Shown here piece by piece: positions 57,454 to 64,000 of a stretch of 64,000 nt of DNA. Both the position numbers and the translations under genes were made by a program. The stretch is from an uncultured Bradyrhizobium sp. (lineage in GTDB: Bacteria > Pseudomonadota > Alphaproteobacteria > Rhizobiales > Xanthobacteraceae), in NCBI RefSeq assembly GCF_936928535.1, contig NZ_CAKZHY010000097.1, positions 9,852 to 73,851 on the forward strand, written 5' to 3'. The notes beneath the pieces were generated by a model, which ran no database searches, was not told the DNA's origin, and saw only the letters and a list, made by a program, of their open reading frames with translations. The stretch's first letter is position 1, and the number at the start of each line of letters is the position of its first letter.

Positions 57454-59976
57454 ATGGGCGAGGGCGCAGCCGAAGGCGACAGGACAGGTAAGGCGCAAGG
57501 ACAGCGCGAAGGCCAGCGCCGCCTTGCGCAATGGGTCCGCGACTATCGCCGCCTGCCTGGCATCCCCGACGAATTCTTAGGCGCCGACGGTGCTCCGCGC
57601 CCGGTCTGGAGCCGCTTCTTCGACGCCTTCGGCGCGCTCGCGCCCGACGAGGTCGAGCGGCGCTTCGGCATGGCCGACCGTCACCTGCGCGAGGCCGGCG
57701 TCACCTACCGCGCCCCCGGCGACAGCGCCGACCGGCCTTGGATGCTGAGCCATCTGCCGCTCTTGATCGATGAAGCCGACTGGAAGCAGCTCTGCGCCGG
57801 CATCACCCAGCGCGCCGAGCTCCTGGAGCTCGTGCTGCGCGACATCTATGGTGAGGGCAAGCTGGTTGCGGAGGGCGCGCTGCCTGCCGGCGCGATCGCC
57901 GGCAGTCCCGAATATCTCCGCCCCGTCTGCGGCGTACCGCCGCCGGGCGGCCGCTACCTCTCGCTCTATGCCGCCGATGTCGGCCGCGGCCCCGACGGCC
58001 GCTGGTGGGTGCTTGGCGATCGCACGCAGGCGCCGTCGGGCGCGGGCTATGCGCTGGAGAACCGCCTGGTGCTCTCGCGCGCCTTCTCCGATCTCTACAA
58101 GTCGATGAACGTGCCGCGCGTCGCGCCGTTCTTCGAGGCGTTTCGCGACAGTCTTCGCGCGCGGGCCGATCGCGACGAGCCGCGCATCGGCGTGCTGACG
58201 CCGGGCAGTTTCAGCGAGACCTATTTCGAGCACGCGACCTTGGCGCGCTATCTCGGTTTCCTCCTGGTCGAGGGCGACGATCTCGCCGTCAGCGACAATC
58301 GCATCCACATCCGCACTGTTGCTGGGCTGAAGCGGCTCGACGTGCTGTTGCGCCGCGTCGATTCCAATTCGCTCGATCCACTCGAGCTCGATGCCTCCTC
58401 GCATCTCGGCGTGCCCGGCCTGATCGACGTGCTGCGCAAGGACGGCGTCGTCGTCGCCAACATGCCGGGCTCGGGCGTCCTTGAGGCGCGGGCGCTGCTC
58501 GGCTTCCTGCCGGCGCTGAGCCGCCGCCTGCTCGGCGAAGAGCTGAAGATGCCGCATATCGCGACCTGGTGGTGCGGCCAGAAATCGGCGTGCGACGAGG
58601 TGTTGTCACGGCTCGACGAGGTCGCGATCGAAGGTGCTTACAGGCGCGGCGTGCCGGGCTTCGACAGTAACGGCCCGGTGCTGGCGAGTGAGCTCAATGC
58701 GGCGGGGCGTCAGCGCCTGATCGATGCCATCGGCGCGCGCGGCATGGATTATGTCGGCCAAGAGGTGGTGCGCCTCTCCACCATGCCGGTGTGGGAGCAG
58801 GGCCAGTTGACCCCGCGGCCCTTCGTGCTGCGCGTGTTTGCGGCCGCAACGCCCGATGGCTGGGCCATCATGCCCGGCGGCTTCTGCCGCATCGCCGAGC
58901 AGGCGGACGCGCGCGCGGTGTCGATGGGCGATGGTGCCCGTGCCGCCGACGTCTGGGTTGTCTCCGAGAAGAAGGTCGCGACCGCATCTCTGCTGCCGGC
59001 AACCGACAAGGTGCGCATCCGCCGCATTGCCGGCGTGCTGCCGAGCCGCGCCGCCGACAATCTGTTCTGGCTCGGCCGCTATCTCGAACGCGCCGAAGCG
59101 ACGCTGCGGCTGGTGCGCGCGCTGGGCTCGCCGAGCGGGCCCAACAAGGGCACCGCGGCCTCGCTGCAATCGGCCGAACGGATCCAGCGCCTGCTGGTGA
59201 CCTGGGGGGCGATCTCGCAGACCTCGCGCGCGGCACCGGGGCGCATCGTCGCCGAAGCCTTGCAAAGCGAGGCGCGTTTCGGCTCGGCGCTGTCGCTGGT
59301 GCGCTCGGCGCTGCGCACGGCCACCTCCTTGCGCGAACGGCTGTCGCCCGATGCCTGGCAGGTCATCACTGAGATGGCTGACCGTCTCTCCTACGAGGTC
59401 GAGGACGACGACAGCGTGCTGAGCGCAGCCGAGCTGACCCTGCAGGAGCTCGCGAGCTTCGCAGGGCTTGCGCAGGAGAACATGAACCGCGCCGCCGGCT
59501 GGCGCTTCCTCGATATCGGACGCCGCACCGAGCGCGCCATCAACACCACGCGCTTTGCGCGGCAGTTCGCCTATGACGAGGCCGGCGACGAGGATCTCGA
59601 CATCCTGCTGACGCTGGTGGATTCCCAGATCACCTACCGCTCGCGCTATCTGCTGGCCCCGATCCTGGCGCCGGTGCGCGACCTCGCGGTGCTCGACAGC
59701 TACAATCCGCGTTCGGTCGCGTTCCAGGTCGCGACCTTGAACGAGCATATCGCGGCGTTGCCAACCCTGAAGGAGCACGGCCTGATCGAAAAGCCGCAGC
59801 GGCTTGCGGTGGCGGTGCAGGCGATGCTGGCGACCGCGGAGGCTGAGAAGCTCGAGGTCAAGGCGCTGTTTACGCTGGAACAGGATCTGCTCGGCCTCGC
59901 CGAGGCGATCGGGCTGCACTACTTCCCGCACGGTCCGAATGCGAGCCGGCCGGAAAAGTTGACGGGGCTGGCGTGA
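57454..59976 (+). CDS. Circularly permuted type-2 ATP-grasp protein fused to an alpha-E domain
   Basis: 840 aa. N-terminal half has CP-ATP-grasp segments (VVANMPGSGVLEARALLGFLP, HIATWWCGQ). C-terminal half has the alpha-E hallmark NLFWLGRYLERAEATLRLVRA. Confidence 0.85.
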   Translation: MGEGAAEGDRTGKAQGQREGQRRLAQWVRDYRRLPGIPDEFLGADGAPRPVWSRFFDAFGALAPDEVERRFGMADRHLREAGVTYRAPGDSADRPWMLSHLPLLIDEADWKQLCAGITQRAELLELVLRDIYGEGKLVAEGALPAGAIAGSPEYLRPVCGVPPPGGRYLSLYAADVGRGPDGRWWVLGDRTQAPSGAGYALENRLVLSRAFSDLYKSMNVPRVAPFFEAFRDSLRARADRDEPRIGVLTPGSFSETYFEHATLARYLGFLLVEGDDLAVSDNRIHIRTVAGLKRLDVLLRRVDSNSLDPLELDASSHLGVPGLIDVLRKDGVVVANMPGSGVLEARALLGFLPALSRRLLGEELKMPHIATWWCGQKSACDEVLSRLDEVAIEGAYRRGVPGFDSNGPVLASELNAAGRQRLIDAIGARGMDYVGQEVVRLSTMPVWEQGQLTPRPFVLRVFAAATPDGWAIMPGGFCRIAEQADARAVSMGDGARAADVWVVSEKKVATASLLPATDKVRIRRIAGVLPSRAADNLFWLGRYLERAEATLRLVRALGSPSGPNKGTAASLQSAERIQRLLVTWGAISQTSRAAPGRIVAEALQSEARFGSALSLVRSALRTATSLRERLSPDAWQVITEMADRLSYEVEDDDSVLSAAELTLQELASFAGLAQENMNRAAGWRFLDIGRRTERAINTTRFARQFAYDEAGDEDLDILLTLVDSQITYRSRYLLAPILAPVRDLAVLDSYNPRSVAFQVATLNEHIAALPTLKEHGLIEKPQRLAVAVQAMLATAEAEKLEVKALFTLEQDLLGLAEAIGLHYFPHGPNASRPEKLTGLA

Positions 59977-60851
59977 TCTACGACATCCGGCACGTTACCA
60001 CCTACGAATATGAGAGCCCGGTCAGCTTCGCCCGCTGCACATTGCGGCTCGAGCCGAACAGCGGTCATGGTCAGGAGCTGATCTCGCACAAGGTCGAGAT
60101 CCGCCCGCGCCCGTCCGAGCGGAACGTCCGCCGCGACTTCTTCGGCACGCTGACCGAGAGCATCGTGATCGAGGCCGCGCACCGCAATTTGCGCATCGAC
60201 TCGCGCTCGCGTGTTTCAGTCGATCGCAAGCCGCCGGCGCGCGATGCCGCGAGTCCGTCCTGGGAGAGCATCCGCGACGTTGCCTTCGAGGCCACGAGCC
60301 TCGGGCCGTCCTCGCCGGTCGGCTACGTCTTTGCAAGCCCGCTGGTGCCTGTGCTGCGTCCCGTCAGCGCCTATGCCGCCGAGAGCTTCAGGCCCGAGAC
60401 CGGTATCCTCGCCGGCGCGGTTGATCTCATGCACCGCATCCGCGCCGAGTTTCGTTACGACCCCAAGGCCACCGCGATCTCGACGCCGCTCGACGAGGTG
60501 TTCGACAAGCGCCATGGCGTCTGCCAGGATTTTGCTCACGTCATGATCGCCGGCCTGCGCGGGCTCGGCCTGCCTGCCGCCTATGTCAGCGGTTACTTGC
60601 GCACCATTCCGCCGCTGGGCCAGGCGCGCTTGCAAGGTGCGGACGCAACCCATGCCTGGGTATCGCTCTGGTGCGGGGCAGAGCTCGGCTGGATTGATTT
60701 CGATCCGACCAACGATCTCCTGGTCGCCAACGATCACATCGTGCTGGCGATGGGCCGCGACTTCTCCGATGTGTCCCCGGTCGACGGTATCATCGTCGGC
60801 TCGCCGAAGCAGAAGCTCGGCGTCGCCGTGGACGTGCTGCTGGTGGAGTGA
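59973..60851 (+). CDS. Transglutaminase family protein (Bact_transglu_N + transglutaminase core)
   Basis: GTG 59973 overlaps the upstream stop (GTGA). Start MIYDIRHVTTYEYESPVSF. Triad candidates GVCQDFAH, THAWVSLW and DFDPTN. Confidence 0.85.
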   Translation: MIYDIRHVTTYEYESPVSFARCTLRLEPNSGHGQELISHKVEIRPRPSERNVRRDFFGTLTESIVIEAAHRNLRIDSRSRVSVDRKPPARDAASPSWESIRDVAFEATSLGPSSPVGYVFASPLVPVLRPVSAYAAESFRPETGILAGAVDLMHRIRAEFRYDPKATAISTPLDEVFDKRHGVCQDFAHVMIAGLRGLGLPAAYVSGYLRTIPPLGQARLQGADATHAWVSLWCGAELGWIDFDPTNDLLVANDHIVLAMGRDFSDVSPVDGIIVGSPKQKLGVAVDVLLVE

Positions 60852-61011
60852 CCGTCGTTTCACCGACCCCCGGATGTGACCGAATGCGTCCAGCCGCGGG
60901 AAATTTGTTTCACCGTATTTCCTTGACGTGCCGAACGGCGGTTCATTAACACGCTGTTAACGCTACCCCGCGACACATTGGCTCACTTTCAACGCTGCTG
61001 AAGCCGAACCG

Positions 61012-61686
61012 ATGGTCGAGGGACTTGCATTGCTGACAGAGGCCGCCGAGCAGGTGGCGCTGTCGCGGATACTGCGAAATTTCAGGCCTGATCTGGCGAT
61101 CTGGGCCGTGTCCGGGATCGAAGAGCTACGCAGCATCGATGCCTCGGCCCTCCGCAACACCAGGCTGGTCGCGTTCGCCTCCGGCGTCATTGTGCCGGCC
61201 GACCTGCTCGCACGCTTTGGCCACGGTGCCTACAATTTCCATCCGGGGCCACCGAACTATCCGGGCTGGGCTCCCGCCCATTTCGCGCTCTATGACCGCG
61301 CGGAGACATTCGGCGTGACCTTTCACGCCATGGCGGAAAAAGTCGATACCGGCGCGATCCTCGACGTGGTGTCGTTTCCGATTCCGCCGGGCAGCACGCT
61401 CATGCGCCTCGGCGAGCTCGGCTATGCGCATCTGCTGCAGATGTTCGAGGTGTGGGCCGAACCGCTGGCGCAGGAGTCCTCGCTGATGCCGCGCTGCGCG
61501 CAGTCCTGGAGCGGTCGCACCAACACGCGTCGTAGCTACAAGCAAGCTTGCGACATTCCGCTCGACATCTCCAGCGATGAGCTGTGGCGCCGCATGCGTG
61601 CCTTCGGCGGCAATCATTACGGCATCGCGCCGGCGATCAATCTGCATGGTGTCACCTTCAGGGCGTCACCTCCGGAGTCTTCATGA
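61012..61686 (+). CDS. Formyltransferase-like protein (Formyl_trans_N domain only)
   Basis: YNFHPGPPNYPGWAPAHFALYDRAETFGVTFHAMAEKVDTGAILD parallels the Fmt/PurN motif N-x-H-x-S-L-L-P...D-x-G, so Asn, His and Asp are retained. No Fmt C-terminal domain. Confidence 0.7.
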   Translation: MVEGLALLTEAAEQVALSRILRNFRPDLAIWAVSGIEELRSIDASALRNTRLVAFASGVIVPADLLARFGHGAYNFHPGPPNYPGWAPAHFALYDRAETFGVTFHAMAEKVDTGAILDVVSFPIPPGSTLMRLGELGYAHLLQMFEVWAEPLAQESSLMPRCAQSWSGRTNTRRSYKQACDIPLDISSDELWRRMRAFGGNHYGIAPAINLHGVTFRASPPESS

Positions 61687-63317
61687 CGTCACCATCGATG
61701 GCCCTTGCGCTGCCTGCCGCCGGCGCGCCAAGCATCGCCGATCTGCTGCACACGGGGCGCGAGCACTACCGGCGTGGTGAGATCAGGCCCGCGATCGCGG
61801 TATTTCAGGCCGGGCTCGCGCTTGCGGCCACGGCGTCGATGGGTGTCGTCGTCGATGGCATTGCCGACCTCCACGCAGCGCTCGCCAATGCGTTCATGCT
61901 CTGCGACGACATCGGTTCTGCGGCCGAGAACTACAAGGCGGCCTTGCGCATCGCGCCGCATCTCGTCGCCTGCTGGTGCAATCTCGGCATCGTCCATCAG
62001 CGCAGCGGCATGATGCAGGATGCGATTTCGCTTTACCTGGAGGCGCTCAGGCGCAATCCGGGCCATCGGCCGTCGCGCACGAATCTGGTCCAGGCATTGA
62101 TGGCGACGCGGCAGTTCGCGATCGCAAAGACCTTGCTGCTGGAATTGATCGAGGAGACGCCCGACGACGCCGATCTCCACAGCCAGCTTGGCAAGGTCTG
62201 CTTCGAGCTCGGCGAGACCGGGGAGGCGGTAGCGCAGTTCGAGCGTGCCGTGGCACTCGCGCCGGGGCAGGCCGAGAATTTCTACTGGGTCGGTGCGATC
62301 CGTCAGGCGCGCGGCGAAAAGGACGAGGCCGAGGCCGCCTACGCCCGCGCCGCGAAAGTACATCCCATCCTGCGCAGGCAAGCCAACCAATCGCCGCCTG
62401 CGTTTCGAGCGCTGGCGCTGTTTGCCCCTTTCTTCGGCAACACGCCGGTCGAATTCCTCTTCAAGGATTGCGCCTACCAGACCAGCATCCTGTCGCTCCT
62501 GCCCGGTCGCCAGCCTGATATCGCGCTGTTGGCGCAGGAGGCCGATGTGGTCGTCAATCTCGTCTCCGATGCCGACCAGGGCGCGGAGGTGCTTCCTCTT
62601 GCCATGGCCATCGCACGAAGCCTCGGCAAGCCTGTCGTCAACGATCCCGCAAAGATCCAGAACACGACGCGCGACGCTACGGCTCTGGCCCTCGCCGATC
62701 TCGACGGCTGCCGCGTTCCGCGCACGGTCCGCATCGCGGCCGGCGAGGGGCTACCCGATGGCCTCGCGCTCGCCTTTCCGCTGCTGGCGCGCCCGGCCGG
62801 TATGCACGGTGGCGATCTCTTCGAGAAGCTCGAGGATGTCGCCGCGCTGATCTCGTTCCTTGCGGCACATGCGGCGCATGACCGCTACGTGATCGACTAT
62901 ATCGACTATCGTTCCGCAGACGGCTACTTCCGCAAGTACAGGTTCTTGTTCGTGGGCGAGGAAATTCTACCCTATCATCTGGCCATTGGCGAGGACTGGA
63001 AGCTCCATCGCGATGCGACGGAGATGGGCAGTCACGCCTGGATGCAGGCCGAGGAGGAGCACTTCCTGCAGGCGCCCGAGCAGGTCTTTAGCCCGCGGCA
63101 CATCGCGGCGTTGCGAGTCATTCGCGATCGCATCGGTCTCGACTATTTCGGCATCGATTGCGGATTGGACCTTGACGGCTGTCTGGTCGTGTTCGAGGTC
63201 AACGCCTCCATGTTGGTGCACGACCAGAATCCGGAATTTCCCTACAAGGACCCGTATATCCACGGGATCAAGGTCGCGTTCGACGCGATGCTTGCGCGCC
63301 TCGCGCGAGGGAATTGA
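61683..63317 (+). CDS. TPR-repeat protein with a C-terminal ATP-grasp (RimK/GshB-like) domain
   Basis: ATG 61683 overlaps the formyltransferase stop (ATGA), with GGAG upstream. About 250 aa of TPR repeats, then ATP-grasp elements FPLLARPAGMHGGDLF, YRKYRFLFVGEEILPYHLAI and LVVFEVNAS (E-x-N). Confidence 0.75.
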   Translation: MTSPSMALALPAAGAPSIADLLHTGREHYRRGEIRPAIAVFQAGLALAATASMGVVVDGIADLHAALANAFMLCDDIGSAAENYKAALRIAPHLVACWCNLGIVHQRSGMMQDAISLYLEALRRNPGHRPSRTNLVQALMATRQFAIAKTLLLELIEETPDDADLHSQLGKVCFELGETGEAVAQFERAVALAPGQAENFYWVGAIRQARGEKDEAEAAYARAAKVHPILRRQANQSPPAFRALALFAPFFGNTPVEFLFKDCAYQTSILSLLPGRQPDIALLAQEADVVVNLVSDADQGAEVLPLAMAIARSLGKPVVNDPAKIQNTTRDATALALADLDGCRVPRTVRIAAGEGLPDGLALAFPLLARPAGMHGGDLFEKLEDVAALISFLAAHAAHDRYVIDYIDYRSADGYFRKYRFLFVGEEILPYHLAIGEDWKLHRDATEMGSHAWMQAEEEHFLQAPEQVFSPRHIAALRVIRDRIGLDYFGIDCGLDLDGCLVVFEVNASMLVHDQNPEFPYKDPYIHGIKVAFDAMLARLARGN

Positions 63318-63634
63318 CGCGACCGTCCGCAGTCTGGCGCAGGCGGCCCTGGCTGCGCCGCAGCGATCCCCCGGACCTATATGGCCTTCCTCGCGAGATG
63401 AACGCTCGGCCATTGGACATGCTGGGAAGCGTACGCGCGCGGCCTGGCTGTGGGATGCATCGGACAGCGACCGCAACCGCAATACGGCGCGGCGGTGGAG
63501 TAACATATTTACGTATTTTTGTTTCGGGATTTGGTCAGCCGCCCCAGATTGGGCTATGCTGGACCCTGCGTCGAGGACAAGAATGAGGCGTCGGGAGTTG
63601 CCGTGGGACACCACCGACAGACGGGGCTGCATCC

Positions 63635-64000
63635 ATGATGACGTTACCGCGACTGGCGGCTGAATCCCTGGAGAAGTTGCTAGGCTCGTTCATGCGTCGC
63701 AGGTACGACGAGACCTATGCCAGGGTCGTGGAAGCCTCGACGCGTACCGCGATGGAATGCATCGGCAACAGCGATGCGCTCTATCACAATATCGAGCATA
63801 CCATGCTGGTGACGCTGGCGGCCCAGGCGATCATGCTGGGCCGCAATCTCCATGCCCACATCGATGCCGACGATTACATTCACGTTCTGATCGCCTGCCT
63901 GGCGCACGATATCGGCTATGTCCGCGGGCTGTTTCCCGAAGATGACGAAGATGGTTTCATCATCGACGAGGCCGGCACCAAGGTGTCATTGCCGCGCGGC
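63635..64000 (+). CDS. HD-domain metal-dependent phosphohydrolase, N-terminal part (3' end outside the window)
   Basis: Not in the ORF track because it is open-ended. My translation from ATG 63635 gives MMTLPRLAAESLEKLLG...LYHNIEHTMLVT...LIACLAHDIGYVRG, which contains the H...HD motif. Frame checked against track ORFs 62986 and 63757. Confidence 0.65.
   Translation, partial: MMTLPRLAAESLEKLLGSFMRRRYDETYARVVEASTRTAMECIGNSDALYHNIEHTMLVTLAAQAIMLGRNLHAHIDADDYIHVLIACLAHDIGYVRGLFPEDDEDGFIIDEAGTKVSLPRG

Noticed and set aside
56287-59931. Long minus-strand ORFs (56287-57531, 57577-58557, 58606-59931) inside the transglutaminase/ATP-grasp operon
   Set aside because: They are antisense to ORFs with recognisable catalytic motifs. 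Their composition is typical of GC-rich antisense frames.
62967-63632. 221-aa minus-strand ORF spanning the HD-gene leader and the end of the ATP-grasp gene
   Set aside because: Two-thirds of it is antisense to the ATP-grasp domain. It has no motifs and atypical composition, so at best it is a chance ORF.
1-64000. Search for tRNA or rRNA genes, IS elements, integrases, prophage or toxin-antitoxin modules
   Set aside because: I saw no tRNA-like T-arm or acceptor patterns in the intergenic DNA. No ORF has transposase, integrase, phage or TA motifs. GC content is even except for short spacers, so there is no sign of a classical mobile island.

Overview
This is a GC-rich (about 64-65%) alphaproteobacterial chromosomal segment. 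Gene content and the distinctive palindromic intergenic repeats fit Bradyrhizobium/Nitrobacteraceae best, but that is an inference. I call about 55 protein-coding genes and find no rRNA, tRNA, CRISPR array, transposase, integrase or phage genes.

Gene order from left to right:
- A partial DUF1537 sugar-acid kinase, an MCP chemoreceptor, and an RND pump followed by its MFP.
- A thiolase-like protein that lacks the catalytic Cys, a nitronate monooxygenase, a YghU-type GST and a GNAT-GFA fusion.
- A 13-kb regulator-less acyl-CoA island (12.0-25.8 kb). It holds two ACADs, three crotonases, two SDRs, two acyl-CoA ligases, and an APH-type kinase with a small partner protein.
- glgX, yccF, an orphan SBP, a VOC protein and ppc.
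- An MFE2-like SDR, an SCPx-type thiolase and a DUF35 gene, divergent from a Liv-type ABC transporter, an amidase and a DUF2848 gene.
- A 2OG oxygenase followed by alkB.
- A homoprotocatechuate meta-cleavage cluster (hpaD/E/F/H, an FAH gene, hpaR, hpaI) with an extra TPP enzyme, then a UxaA-family dehydratase.
- At 54.1-64.0 kb, two adjacent ATP-grasp modules with no function known to me.

The two ATP-grasp modules are the best candidates for an undescribed system. The first is a transglutaminase(DUF2126) / circularly permuted ATP-grasp + alpha-E / transglutaminase operon. The second is a translationally coupled formyltransferase-like + TPR-ATP-grasp pair, followed by an HD-domain gene.

A second strong lead is a split, bacterial version of the ACAD10/11 or LvaABC-type 4-hydroxyacyl-CoA kinase/eliminase chemistry inside the acyl-CoA island.

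At least 16 REP/MITE-like nested-palindrome elements from 4-6 sequence families fill most of the larger (>40 bp) intergenic gaps that are not divergent promoter regions, including gaps inside operons.

All coordinates of non-CDS elements were read by eye and may be off by a few bases. All homology statements rest on motif recognition, not database searches.
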